NCBI GenBank assembly: GCA_043821645.1
Contig: JBDRCO010000037.1
Location: 128,001 to 192,000, forward strand
Reading direction: 5' to 3'
DNA length: 64,000 nt
Origin: Pseudomonadota bacterium
GTDB taxonomy: Bacteria; Myxococcota; JACRCW01; JAFGSX01
Shown here: piece by piece, positions 9,569 to 19,513 of the stretch
How positions within the stretch are numbered: the first letter of the stretch is position 1
Layout of the letters: each line of letters starts with the position of its first letter
Notes under the pieces: generated by a model
The model's database searches: none
Told to the model about the DNA's origin: nothing
What the model saw: only the letters and a program-made list of their open reading frames with translations
Translations under genes and position numbers: made by a program

Positions 9569-10702
9569 ATGCGCACCCCCAAGCCCCTTCGTATTCCACT
9601 CTTCTCCAAGCGCCGCCGCAGGCGGAGTGCTCCCGGAGCCGATCCCGGGACCCTGGTCATGGCGTCGGATCTGCCGGCGATGAAGCTCCGCCTGACCCAC
9701 TACCAGGCCGAGGTCATCGAGGAGCGCGATCTGGGGTTCGAGGAGCTACCCGCAGTCCTGGCTCAGGAGACGGGCGGAGTCACCTGGATCGACGTGCAGG
9801 GCCTGGGGGACGAGGCCAGCCTGCGGCGGGTTGGAAACGCGCTGGCACTCCATCCGCTGGTGCTCGAGGACATCGCCCATGTCCACCAGAGGCCCAAGGT
9901 GGAGGATTACGACAGCTACCTGTTCATCGTACTGCGCTGCGTGCGACTGCTCGAGGACGGGCGGGTGGACAACGAGCAGCTCAGCCTGGTGCTCAAGCAA
10001 GGAGTGCTCGTCACCTTTCAGGAGAAGGCCGGGGACGGCTTTGACGCCGTGCGACGCCGCCTGCGTGAGAACAAGGGCTCGCTGCGCAAGCAGGGCGCGG
10101 ACCACCTGGCCTGGGCGCTCATCGACGTGACCGTGGACCTGGCTTTTCCGGTGCTCGAGGCCTACGGCGAAGCCATGGACCGCATCGACGACGAGGTGCA
10201 CCAGAACCCCACGCCGCAGATCTCGCGAGGCATCCACGACATGAAGCGCGAGCTTCGCATGCTCCGGCGCGCCCTGTGGCCATTGCGCGACGTCACCAGC
10301 GCCCTGAGTCGGGATGATCTGAGCTTCCTGGGTGACAGTGCCGCCACCTTGTTCCGGGACTGCCACGATCACGCGATCCAGATGGTCGATTTCATCGATG
10401 GCAATCGCGAACGGGCCGGCGATCTGGCGGATCGCTACCTGGCTGCAGTGAGCGAGCGGACCAACCAGGTGATGAAGGTGTTGACCATCATCGCCACCAT
10501 CTTCATCCCGCTGACCTTTTTGGCCGGGATCTACGGCATGAACTTTGATACTGCAGCCAGCCCCTACAACATGCCCGAGCTGCGCTGGCGCTTTGGGTAC
10601 CTGGGCTTCTGGGTCTTCAACGTGGTGGCGGTGGTCGGCATGCTGTGGTTCTTCCGGCGCAAGGGCTGGCTGGGTGGTGGCGGCCGCCCGTCAGGTCAGT
10701 AG
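9569..10702 (+). CDS. corA: Magnesium/cobalt transporter CorA
   Basis: LHPLVLEDI, QRPKVEDY, GIYGMNF and MPEL signatures; two C-terminal TM helices. Confidence 0.95.
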   Translation: MRTPKPLRIPLFSKRRRRRSAPGADPGTLVMASDLPAMKLRLTHYQAEVIEERDLGFEELPAVLAQETGGVTWIDVQGLGDEASLRRVGNALALHPLVLEDIAHVHQRPKVEDYDSYLFIVLRCVRLLEDGRVDNEQLSLVLKQGVLVTFQEKAGDGFDAVRRRLRENKGSLRKQGADHLAWALIDVTVDLAFPVLEAYGEAMDRIDDEVHQNPTPQISRGIHDMKRELRMLRRALWPLRDVTSALSRDDLSFLGDSAATLFRDCHDHAIQMVDFIDGNRERAGDLADRYLAAVSERTNQVMKVLTIIATIFIPLTFLAGIYGMNFDTAASPYNMPELRWRFGYLGFWVFNVVAVVGMLWFFRRKGWLGGGGRPSGQ

Positions 10703-11272
10703 GATTTGAAAGTCGATGGCTCCGGGCGCGCTCTGCCGCATCCGCACCTGGCCCTGCTGCTCGAAGATCTCGAGGGCGCCCTCGTAGATTCCGGTCTGGT
10801 AGTACTCCGGAAAGGCGTAGGACCCACGAAGATGGATCACGGCGTGCCTGTCATTGACGATCTCGGCCTCGGCGCTGGCTGTGGTCAGCATGTTGTACAC
10901 GCGATTGACCAGCCGCACGGCGGCCATCAGGTCGCGGCCCGCGAGGGCGAAGAGGAAGGTGCCGGCGGCGCTCTGCTTGAGATTGCCGTACACCGGCAGA
11001 CCAAGCCTGCGCAGCGCTTCTCCCAGGGGTAGATCGCCATGCAGCGTGCGGGCAGCCTCGACGACAACCTGCATGAACTCCCTCAGCGGGTAGTCGGTGA
11101 ACGCGGCGTAGTGGCCGCGACCCAGGCGCTGCTGCGTCTTCTCCTCGACGGCTTTCAGCAGAGGCTTGAACATCATGCCCTTGATGGTCGAGTGTTCGGG
11201 CGTGGCTGCGATGCGTGCCTCCACGTCGATGGGAGACAAGAAATCAGGTCGTGTGAATTCTGATTCCGCCAT
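10691..11272 (-). CDS. DUF2378 (Myxococcales-type) family protein
   Basis: TIKGMMF...Y.AFTDYPLREF...EALRRLG pattern typical of this family. Confidence 0.75.
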   Translation of the reverse strand: MAESEFTRPDFLSPIDVEARIAATPEHSTIKGMMFKPLLKAVEEKTQQRLGRGHYAAFTDYPLREFMQVVVEAARTLHGDLPLGEALRRLGLPVYGNLKQSAAGTFLFALAGRDLMAAVRLVNRVYNMLTTASAEAEIVNDRHAVIHLRGSYAFPEYYQTGIYEGALEIFEQQGQVRMRQSAPGAIDFQILLT

Positions 11273-11293
11273 GAGAACTCCCCCAGGTTCGAA

Positions 11294-13267
11294 TCAGGTG
11301 CCGGGGTCCGCCAAAGGGTCCTGGCCGAGCAGGCGGCCTCGCACCACTGCCTCGAGGCCCCCGGCGACGATCAACTCCTGTGCTGCGGGCCCCAGGGCGT
11401 CGACGCGATAGCGTGCGTCGCCAAACTCCAGTACTCCAGCCACGAAGTCCACCCGGGCAGAGCGCGCGGTGTCGATGGTGAGGGCAGGGCTGTCTGCGAA
11501 GCGCGCACGCAGCGCCTCGACCAGAGCCGGGCATTCCACGACAATGAAACCATTGTTGAAGGCATTGCGCTTGTAGGTGTCGCTGAACGAGGCCGCGATG
11601 ACCAGGCGGATGCCTCGGTACTTGAGAGAAGTGGCCGCCTGCTCCCGCGACGAGCCGGAACCGAAGTTGCTGCCCGCGACGAGGATGTCGCCGCCGCGGG
11701 CGATGTTCTGAAACTCCGGGTCGTAGTTGAGCATGGCCACGGCCGCCATCTGCTCCGGCGTCAGGTCGTCCTTGTAAGTGTAGTCCTTGCCGTAGATGCC
11801 GTCGGTGTTGAGGTTGTTCTTGTCGAGCCACAACACGCGGCCCTCGACCAGAGCCGGAAAGCCGTCAAGCAAGCCCCCCTCCACCTCGGTCTGTCCCTCG
11901 TCGCGGCGGTGCTCCTCGAACGAAGCACGCAGCTCCTGTGCAGGCCTCGCGTCCGGTGCGGCGATATGGCCGGCCGCCGCGGAGGCGGCGACCACGGCTG
12001 GCGAGGCCAGGTAGACCTGGGCCTCGCGCGAGCCCATGCGTCCCTTGAAGTTGCGGTTGGTGGCCGAGACGCCGACCTCGCCCGCCTCCAGCAGGCCCTC
12101 GCCGAGGCCGATGCAGGCGCCGCAACCGGCTGGCAGTTCGCGGGCCCCGGCCTGCACCAGCACCTGCCAGTGCCCGGCCGCTCGTACCCTGTCCTCTATC
12201 TCTCGCGACGCCGCCGCGATGTAGAGCTGCACGCCCGGGGCGACCTGCTTGCCACGCAAGACGTTGGCGGCTGCTGCGAAGTCCTCGGCGCGGCCGCCCA
12301 CGCAGGACAGCAGGTAGGCCTTCTGGATGGCCACGTGCCGTGCCTCGATCTCGGGCAGGGCGACCATGCGCTTGACCTCGTCAGGTCCGGACACGTGGGG
12401 CGTCACCGAGCCCAGGTCCAGGCTCAGGATCCTGGAGTAGAAGGCCTCGGGGTCCGCTCGAGGGCTGTCGTCGCACACCTGCTCGACGACGGAGAGCGGG
12501 AGACGAGGCCTCGCATCGCCGCGCTCGACCATCACCTGGGCTCGGCCGCGCAGGAACGCCCGGGTCACCTCGTCGCAGGGGAAGACGCCAGCCAGGGCGC
12601 CCCATTCCGTCGACATGTTGGCGATGGCGAGGCGCTGGTCCATGGTCAGGCTTGCCAGGCCTTCACCCGCGAACTCGACGGCGCAGTTGAGTACCTCGTC
12701 GTGATTGAAGTGACCGCACAGCGCGATGATCACATCCTTGCCACTCACTCCGGGTTGCAGGCTTCCCTCGAGGATCACCTGGACCACCGTCGGCACCTGC
12801 CACCAGGTTTCACCCGTGGCCCAGATGGCCGCCGCGTCGGTGCGGACCACGGGAGTGCCCAGCGCGCCCACGCCGCCATACAGGTTGCTGTGCGAGTCCG
12901 AGGCCACCACCAGGGTACCCGGCAGGGCGAAGCCCTCATCGACGACGAGCTGGTGACCGATGCCATGCCCGGCGCCAAAGAAAGCGATGCCCTGCTCGCG
13001 GGCGAAGGCCTCGATGGCGGCGTACTTCGCCAGGTTCTTTGGATCCTTGTTCTGCACGTCATGATCGAGCGCGAAGACGGGCTGCGCCGGATCGTGCACC
13101 CGTGTTGCACCCAGCGACCTGAACTTGGGCAGCACCGCGCCGGTATTGTCGTGGGTCATCACGTGAAAGGGTCGCACCCGGACAAACTGGCCTGCGTGAA
13201 CCTGCTCCCCGGGCGAGAGGCCCACGGCGAAGCGCTGTGTGATCTTCTCGACGATGTTCTGTGGCAT
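11294..13267 (-). CDS. lysF: Single-chain homoaconitase (aconitase family, fungal Lys4/LysF-like)
   Basis: QNIVEKI, MTHDN, DHD, ASDSHSNLYGG, TPVVRTDAAAIWATG, SC...CGACIGLG, fused swivel domain (NTDGIY, NFGSGSSREQAA). Confidence 0.8.
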   Translation of the reverse strand: MPQNIVEKITQRFAVGLSPGEQVHAGQFVRVRPFHVMTHDNTGAVLPKFRSLGATRVHDPAQPVFALDHDVQNKDPKNLAKYAAIEAFAREQGIAFFGAGHGIGHQLVVDEGFALPGTLVVASDSHSNLYGGVGALGTPVVRTDAAAIWATGETWWQVPTVVQVILEGSLQPGVSGKDVIIALCGHFNHDEVLNCAVEFAGEGLASLTMDQRLAIANMSTEWGALAGVFPCDEVTRAFLRGRAQVMVERGDARPRLPLSVVEQVCDDSPRADPEAFYSRILSLDLGSVTPHVSGPDEVKRMVALPEIEARHVAIQKAYLLSCVGGRAEDFAAAANVLRGKQVAPGVQLYIAAASREIEDRVRAAGHWQVLVQAGARELPAGCGACIGLGEGLLEAGEVGVSATNRNFKGRMGSREAQVYLASPAVVAASAAAGHIAAPDARPAQELRASFEEHRRDEGQTEVEGGLLDGFPALVEGRVLWLDKNNLNTDGIYGKDYTYKDDLTPEQMAAVAMLNYDPEFQNIARGGDILVAGSNFGSGSSREQAATSLKYRGIRLVIAASFSDTYKRNAFNNGFIVVECPALVEALRARFADSPALTIDTARSARVDFVAGVLEFGDARYRVDALGPAAQELIVAGGLEAVVRGRLLGQDPLADPGT

Positions 13268-13457
13268 GGGAGGCCTCTTTTGGCTGGAAAACTCTTCTGA
13301 CCGTCCCCGGTCGACGCAGCCAGGTGTTTGAGTTCAGAGAACTTCATGCTACAACGCAACGCGTCAGAAAGGCTGAATGGGGGTGCGATCAGCCTTTCGA
13401 GGGCGCAGATTGCCGGGCCCGTGCTGGGCGGGCAATCGTCAACAGCAGGAGCATCGC

Positions 13458-15692
13458 ATGCCGCTCAAGCAGCTCTCCCTGGTCAGCATCATCACCCTCG
13501 GCGTCACCGCCATCCTGGGCGTCTTCGCAGGCACCCCGGTTGCGGTGGGCTTCCTGTTCGTGGCGGCCTTCGCCATCGCCATCTTCAACTTCGCGCGGCT
13601 GGTCAAGCTGGTGACCATCGGCAAGCACGAGCCGCTTTTCGACCGCATGATCGATCGCGTCGAAGCCGTGCTCTACTACGTGTTCCGTGAAAAGAAGCTG
13701 CTCGAGGACGAGCCCGCCGGCGTCATGCACCTGTTCTTTTTTTACGGCTTCGTGGTGCTCAGCATCGGTCACTTCGAGCTCGTCATCCGCGCTGTGACCC
13801 GGCCCTTCGTCGAGGGAGGCCTGGGGTTCCACCTGCTCAATGGCATGGGTGGCTTTGGCACGGGCGTCTACCACGTTTTCCTTTTCTCGCAGGATCTGGC
13901 TGCGGCCTGCATCATCCCTGTGTCGGTGCTGGCCCTGGCCCGACGATGGGTGGGCAAGCCCGTGCGTCTGCTGCCGCGCAGCCAGGACGCCGAGAACATC
14001 CTGTGGTTCATCGTGTTCCTGTACCTGACCTTCTTCATGCTCAATGGCGCCGAGGTCACACTGGGTGATCCTTACGGCTGGTTCCGTCCGGGCTCGTTCT
14101 GGTCGGCGGTACTGTTCTTTGGTGTGCCGGACCTGGTCGCCTCGCCTCTATTCGGCATGGTGTCGACGGACAACGTGCACCTGTGGCTGGAGATCAGCTT
14201 CTGGAGTCACCTGCTGATCTTCCTCGCTTTCCTCAACTACCTGCCCTACTCCAAACACCTGCACCTGCTGGCCGCGTTCCCCAACATCTACCTGCGACGC
14301 TTCGCACCCCGAGGCCAGCCCTCGACCCTGGACTTCGAGAACACCGAGACCTTCGGCGTCAGCCGCGCCGAGCAGTTCAGCTTCAAGACCCTGCTGGACG
14401 GTTTTGCATGCACCGAGTGCTCGCGCTGCAACGACGTGTGTCCAGCGCACCTGACGAGCAAGCCGCTCAAGCCCAAGAAGGTCGTGCACGACCTCAAGGT
14501 GAATCTGTACCGCAACGAGCAGGTGCTGGTGCCCTGGAAGGATGCATGGCTCAAGGCCAAGAAAGAGGGCGCCGAGGCTCTGCCCGAGGCCCCCGAGGAG
14601 CGCCCCGCAGCGCTCATCGTGCGCGACGAGGTCGAGAAGAAGCAGCTTGGCCACATGGGCAAGTACCCCAACGACGGCCAGCTACACGTCGACGAGGTGT
14701 GGAGCTGCACCACATGCGGCGCCTGCGCCGAGGTGTGCCCCGTGCTCATCGAGAGCGTGCCGGTTTCTCTCATCGATGTGCGTCGCCACCTGGTGATGAT
14801 GGAGGCGGACTTCCCGCAGGAACTCACGGCCTGCTTCAAGGGCATGGAGGTCCAGGGTAACCCCTGGAGCATAGGTGGCGACAAGCGCGAGGAGTGGTGC
14901 GAGGGTCTCGACGTCAAGAAGATGCGCGAGCTCGGCGACGACGAGACCGTGGACTATTTGTTCTGGGTGGGTTGCGCCGGTGCCACCGACGATCGCGCCA
15001 AGAAGATCCAGGTCGCCTTCGTCAAGATCATGCAGGCGGCGGGCGTGTCCTTTGCCATCCTGGGGACCGAGGAGAAGTGCAACGGCGATCCCGCGCGGCG
15101 CATGGGTAACGAGTACCTGTACCTGCAGCTGGTCGAGGAGAATCGCGCGGTCTTCGACGCCTACAAGGGCAAGTTCAAGAAGATGGTCACGGCCTGTCCG
15201 CACTGCCTCAACGCGTTCAAAAACGACTACCCGCAGTTCGACATCCAGCTCGACATCATCCACCACACCGAGCTCATCCAGCAGCTCATCGAGCACAAGA
15301 AGATCCGGCTCAACGGCACTCCCGAGAAGGGAGCACTCACCTTCCACGACCCCTGCTACCTGGGCCGCTACAACGGGGTGTACGAGCAGCCGCGGCAGAT
15401 CCTGCAGCACATAGACGGCGTCGATCTGCGCGAGATGGAGCGCCATACCAAGAAGTCCTTCTGCTGTGGCGCGGGCGGTGGCCGCATGTGGATGGAGGAG
15501 CACCTGGGCGAGCGCGTCAACAACAACCGCACCCAGCAAGCCATGGACACCGGGGCCAAGACCATCTGCGTGGCCTGTCCCTTCTGCATGACCATGCTCG
15601 AGGATGGCACCAAGGCCAAGAACGTCGAGGAAGAGATCAAGGTCCTCGACGTGGCCGAGATCGTGGCACGGCACCTGTCTTCTCCTGAGTGA
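13458..15692 (+). CDS. Membrane-bound Fe-S oxidoreductase, FadF/HdrD-like (TM + 2x4Fe-4S + two CCG domains)
   Basis: YLPYSKHLH, CTECSRCNDVCP, CTTCGACAEVCP, HDPCYLGRYN, CCGAGGG; AGGAG RBS before ATG 13458. Confidence 0.9.
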   Translation: MPLKQLSLVSIITLGVTAILGVFAGTPVAVGFLFVAAFAIAIFNFARLVKLVTIGKHEPLFDRMIDRVEAVLYYVFREKKLLEDEPAGVMHLFFFYGFVVLSIGHFELVIRAVTRPFVEGGLGFHLLNGMGGFGTGVYHVFLFSQDLAAACIIPVSVLALARRWVGKPVRLLPRSQDAENILWFIVFLYLTFFMLNGAEVTLGDPYGWFRPGSFWSAVLFFGVPDLVASPLFGMVSTDNVHLWLEISFWSHLLIFLAFLNYLPYSKHLHLLAAFPNIYLRRFAPRGQPSTLDFENTETFGVSRAEQFSFKTLLDGFACTECSRCNDVCPAHLTSKPLKPKKVVHDLKVNLYRNEQVLVPWKDAWLKAKKEGAEALPEAPEERPAALIVRDEVEKKQLGHMGKYPNDGQLHVDEVWSCTTCGACAEVCPVLIESVPVSLIDVRRHLVMMEADFPQELTACFKGMEVQGNPWSIGGDKREEWCEGLDVKKMRELGDDETVDYLFWVGCAGATDDRAKKIQVAFVKIMQAAGVSFAILGTEEKCNGDPARRMGNEYLYLQLVEENRAVFDAYKGKFKKMVTACPHCLNAFKNDYPQFDIQLDIIHHTELIQQLIEHKKIRLNGTPEKGALTFHDPCYLGRYNGVYEQPRQILQHIDGVDLREMERHTKKSFCCGAGGGRMWMEEHLGERVNNNRTQQAMDTGAKTICVACPFCMTMLEDGTKAKNVEEEIKVLDVAEIVARHLSSPE

Positions 15693-16699
15693 GTGCTCCG
15701 TCGCATCGCGAACGCTGCCTGGGCAGCCTCCTCGGCCTCGCCATCGGCGACGCCCTGGGCTATCCCCACGAGTTCCGCCGCTGTGAGCAGGTGCGTCGCG
15801 AGATCGCCCCCGCAGGCCTGACGGATTTCGTACGGCTACAGGACCCCCGCTTCTCGCGCCCTTTCTTCACGGGGCCCGACCATCCACCCGGCACCTTCAC
15901 CGACGACACCCAGATGAGCATTGCCCTGGCCGAGGGTCTGCTCGACGTGGACCCGGTCGCGGATCTGGACACCCTGATGCAGGCCATCGCGCGCCGCTTC
16001 ATCCAGTGGTCGCGCTCCGAGGACAACAACCGCGCACCGGGCTCCGCCTGCATGACGGGCTGCGCCAACCTGGGCCGCGGTGTGCCCTGGCGCGAGGCGG
16101 GCGTGGCCGACTCCAAGGGCTGCGGCAGCGCCATGCGCGTGGCGCCGCTCGGACTGGTGAGCAATGACCTGGACTGGGTCGCCGACACCGCTCGCGCGTC
16201 CAGCCTGTTGACCCACGGCCATCCGGCCGCCCTCGAAGGCGCCGCCGCCTGCGCGCTGATGGTCGCGCTGGCGCGCCAGGATCTCGATCCCACGGCGATC
16301 CACGACGAGGTCGCGCGCCGCTGCGGCGGCCGTAGCCCGGACTTCGATGCCGTGTGGCGGCGTGTACCGCTGGCTATCGGCAGGGAGCCCGACGAGACCC
16401 TGGTCGAATTCTCACGAGGCCCCCTGTGCCTGGGCGAGTCCTGGGTTGCCGAGGAGGCCGCGGCCAGTGCCCTGTACTGCTTCTGGCGCCACCCCGACAA
16501 CTACAGGGCCGCCGTGCTCGAGGGCATCAACACCGATGGCGATTCGGACTCCATCGGCGCCATTGCCGGCAGCGTGCTTGGTGCCCGCGTGGGCCTTGCC
16601 GGCCTCCCCGAGCCCTGGGTGCAGGGTGTCGAGAACAGCACTGGCCTTCAAGATCTGGCGCGACGCCTGGCCTCCCGGCTGACCTCTGGAGCCAGCTGA
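15689..16699 (+). CDS. ADP-ribosylglycohydrolase (DraG/ARH family)
   Basis: GLAIGDALG, TDDTQM, GCGSAMRVAP, LTHGHP, GDSDSIGAIAG; 4-nt overlap with the upstream stop. Confidence 0.92.
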   Translation: MSAPSHRERCLGSLLGLAIGDALGYPHEFRRCEQVRREIAPAGLTDFVRLQDPRFSRPFFTGPDHPPGTFTDDTQMSIALAEGLLDVDPVADLDTLMQAIARRFIQWSRSEDNNRAPGSACMTGCANLGRGVPWREAGVADSKGCGSAMRVAPLGLVSNDLDWVADTARASSLLTHGHPAALEGAAACALMVALARQDLDPTAIHDEVARRCGGRSPDFDAVWRRVPLAIGREPDETLVEFSRGPLCLGESWVAEEAAASALYCFWRHPDNYRAAVLEGINTDGDSDSIGAIAGSVLGARVGLAGLPEPWVQGVENSTGLQDLARRLASRLTSGAS

Positions 16700-16810
16700 C
16701 AGGTGCCCTCTCTCCGCTCCGTCAACCGACCGATGCTCCTCGCTCCTACCGATGGAGGTGGATATCCCACCTGCTAGCGTGAACCGATGTCAGGGGGCGA
16801 GGAGCGGTTC

Positions 16811-18550
16811 ATGAACACCATCCCGGTCAACAGGCACACCCCTCTTACTGCGCTGGTCCTCGGCAGCCTGGGGCTCGTCGCCTGTAGCGGCGAGGCCGAA
16901 GACCTGGCCATGGGAGACCTGCTGCGGCAAGGAGAGCTTGAATTGGGGTCCGCCTCCACCCTGGACCAGGCCGCCGAGGCCTGCGCCTCAGGAAGCACCC
17001 TGTTCGGCATCGACGTCTCGTACTACCAGGGAGCCATCAACTGGGGTCAGGTGGCCGGGGCCGGCGTGCAGTACGCGATCATTCGCGTCTCCGACGGCAC
17101 GGGCTTCGAGGACCCGCGCTTTGCCGAGTACTGGTCGGGCTCCCAGGCCGCAGGCATCCCGCGCGGTGCCTACCAGTTCTTTCGCCCCAACCAGGACCCC
17201 CTTGCCCAGGCCGACCTGCTCATCGCCAAGCTGCAGGCCCACGGTGCCGGCGAGCTGCCGCCCGTCATCGACGTCGAGGCCACCGGCGATCAGCCGGCCA
17301 GCGTGATAGCAGCCAAGGTCGGCCAGTGGCTGGCGAGGGTCGAGGCGGCGCTACACGTCAAGCCCATCATCTACACCGGCTTTTACTTCTGGCGCGACAA
17401 CGTGGGCGGCGTCACTGACTATGCCAGCTACCCGCTGTGGCACGCGCAGTACACCTCTGCGGCCTGCCCGCGCATCGCCGATGCCTGGCCGTCCTGGGCC
17501 TTCTGGCAGTACAGCAGCACCGGGCGCGTTGCCGGCATCAACGCCAACGTGGATCTCAACCGCTTCAACGGCGATCGCGCGGCCCTGCTGGGGCTAGCCG
17601 GGCCTTCTCCGCAGTGCGTTGCCGACCCGAACCTGCAGCGCTGCGACGGCACCGTGATCCGCCGCTGCACGGGCGGCCAGTACGAGGAAGGCGATTGCGG
17701 CTTCTATGGCGCGGGCTGCTCGACGGCCGGTGGTACCGCACACTGCGTGCACCCTTACTGCATGATGAACCTCGACGGCGGCGAGACGGGCACCTTCTGC
17801 GTCGACGGCAGCGAGAAGCTGGCCACCTGCAACCTGGGCACCTACGAGGAGGGCGACTGCGCAGCCTACGGCGCCATCTGCTCCGAGGCGGGAGGGCAGG
17901 GGCACTGCGTGCACTTCATGTGCTGGAGCAACCTGAATGGCGCCGAAGACGGCAGCTTCTGCGTCGACGGCAGCGAGAAGATCGGAAGCTGTGCCCTGGG
18001 TGCCTACACCGAAGGAGACTGTGCGGCGTATGGCGCCACGTGTTCCGAGGCCGGCGGCCAGGCCCACTGCGTGCACTTCATGTGCGCGAGCCACCTCGAC
18101 GGTGGCGAGGATGGCAGCTTCTGCGTCGACGACAGCACCGCTGGCGTGTGTGAGCTGGGCGCTTATGGCGAGCAGACCTGCGCGGGGAGCGAGCACTGCA
18201 TCGAGGGTCACTGCGTGCCAGGACACGAGCTCGACTGTGGGGATGGTCTCGATGAGGATGGCGACGCACGGGTGGACTGTGAGGACGAGGATTGTCAGGA
18301 CCGTGAAAGCTGCGCTGCTCCTGCTGTGTTGCCTCGACCCATTGCATTGCCGCTGGCACCGGGTTCAGGTGGCGACGGCACCACCTCCCGCAGCGGGCCG
18401 GTGGGGGGTGGCGCGATGATGGGCAGGGAGGTCCTGGTGGACCAGGGATGTAGCTGCCAAAGTGGGTCCCGCCCCCGAGGATCCGTGCTGGTGATGGTCG
18501 TGGCGTTGGTGGGGTGGCGGTGCCGCCGCCGCCGAGGTCAGGGCGTGTAG
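16811..18550 (+). CDS. GH25 lysozyme lipoprotein with Cys-rich repeats and MYXO-CTERM-like tail
   Basis: Lipobox LVAC; GIDVSYYQG, IDVE, FWQYS, VDLN; C-terminal GCSC + hydrophobic stretch + RRRR. Confidence 0.88.
   Translation: MNTIPVNRHTPLTALVLGSLGLVACSGEAEDLAMGDLLRQGELELGSASTLDQAAEACASGSTLFGIDVSYYQGAINWGQVAGAGVQYAIIRVSDGTGFEDPRFAEYWSGSQAAGIPRGAYQFFRPNQDPLAQADLLIAKLQAHGAGELPPVIDVEATGDQPASVIAAKVGQWLARVEAALHVKPIIYTGFYFWRDNVGGVTDYASYPLWHAQYTSAACPRIADAWPSWAFWQYSSTGRVAGINANVDLNRFNGDRAALLGLAGPSPQCVADPNLQRCDGTVIRRCTGGQYEEGDCGFYGAGCSTAGGTAHCVHPYCMMNLDGGETGTFCVDGSEKLATCNLGTYEEGDCAAYGAICSEAGGQGHCVHFMCWSNLNGAEDGSFCVDGSEKIGSCALGAYTEGDCAAYGATCSEAGGQAHCVHFMCASHLDGGEDGSFCVDDSTAGVCELGAYGEQTCAGSEHCIEGHCVPGHELDCGDGLDEDGDARVDCEDEDCQDRESCAAPAVLPRPIALPLAPGSGGDGTTSRSGPVGGGAMMGREVLVDQGCSCQSGSRPRGSVLVMVVALVGWRCRRRRGQGV
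17681..18166 (+). repeat. Three tandem 162-bp (54-aa, 6-Cys) coding repeats
   Basis: Units start at 17681, 17843 and 18005 (Y.EGDC..YGA.CS.AGG..HCVH..C...L.G.E.G.FCVD). Confidence 0.9.
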
Positions 18551-19305
18551 ACGTAGGTGATGGAGCCGGTCACATTGCTATTGCTCGCAGACTCCATGAA
18601 ACCCTGGGTGCCGAGTTCGAGGCTCGTCGAGGTCACACTGTTGGGCCACACGCGGTCGTTGATCTCCAGCTTCACGATGTAGGTGCCCTGGGGCGCGGGT
18701 TCACCCAACCGATCCCGCCCATCCCAGGTGTAACTCTTGCTCTGGTTCGGCCACACCGAGGCCTCCGTGATGCCATCGGTGTCTGACTCTCGCGCCACCT
18801 GCCACACCGGCATGCGACCGTCCGAGTAGCGCCAGTAATCCCGATAATGGGTCAGGGTGTCGACGTAGTTTCCATCCGCGTCCTCTATCCAAAGCGCCAG
18901 GCCTATGGCCTCGGGTGCACAGCACAGCTTGAAGCTCACCAGCAACGTGCCCACCGCGGGCGGTGGCTGCGGCGTCGCGGAGACCGCCCCGGACAGCGCG
19001 CCGGTCCCTTCCTCGGCCTTGGTGGCGACGGCATAGCGGTACTCGACGCCATTCTCGAGTTCGCCGTGGGTGAAGGGGATCTGGATCTTGGTGAACTTTT
19101 CGCTGTCGGCGGTCGGATCCTTGCCGTCACGGGTCCAGTACACCTTGTAGTACAGGGCACCGTCCACGGGGTCCCAGGTCAGGTCATTTTGCCTGTCGCC
19201 GGCGACAACCCGAACATTCTCGGGTGGCGGCAGCAGGTTGGGGCCACAGCCCATGGCGCAGAGGAGCCAAGCTGCCACGAGCATCGTCAGAATACGCATG
19301 TCCAC
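18538..19305 (-). CDS. Lipoprotein with fibronectin type III domain and DUF2271/FlgD-Ig-like domain
   Basis: AMGC lipobox; LTWDPVDGALYYKVYW...LENGVEYRYAV; ALWIEDADGNYVDTL, DGITEAS, WDGRD..G.PAPQGTY. Confidence 0.75.
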   Translation of the reverse strand: MDMRILTMLVAAWLLCAMGCGPNLLPPPENVRVVAGDRQNDLTWDPVDGALYYKVYWTRDGKDPTADSEKFTKIQIPFTHGELENGVEYRYAVATKAEEGTGALSGAVSATPQPPPAVGTLLVSFKLCCAPEAIGLALWIEDADGNYVDTLTHYRDYWRYSDGRMPVWQVARESDTDGITEASVWPNQSKSYTWDGRDRLGEPAPQGTYIVKLEINDRVWPNSVTSTSLELGTQGFMESASNSNVTGSITYVYTP

Positions 19306-19513
19306 CTCGGGATCAGATCTCGCCCTGTTTCTGCATCGTCAGCGGCGCCTTGGCAACTGCTGACGCAGAGGTCCACGAGCGAGGTGATCTGAATTCGCCA
19401 CCAAGCTGTGGTCAGCACCTGAATCGCTTGTCCACCACCGGAGCGGTGTTACATACAAGCTGTGGCAGGGCTGGCCCGCAAGCACCCCGCTCGGGGAAGG
19501 ACGGATACTGGAG

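Noticed and set aside
17681-18166. Tandem repeats as a CRISPR array or DGR template/variable repeat (also 4185-4634)
   Set aside because: In-frame coding repeats without spacers; no cas or reverse transcriptase gene in the window.
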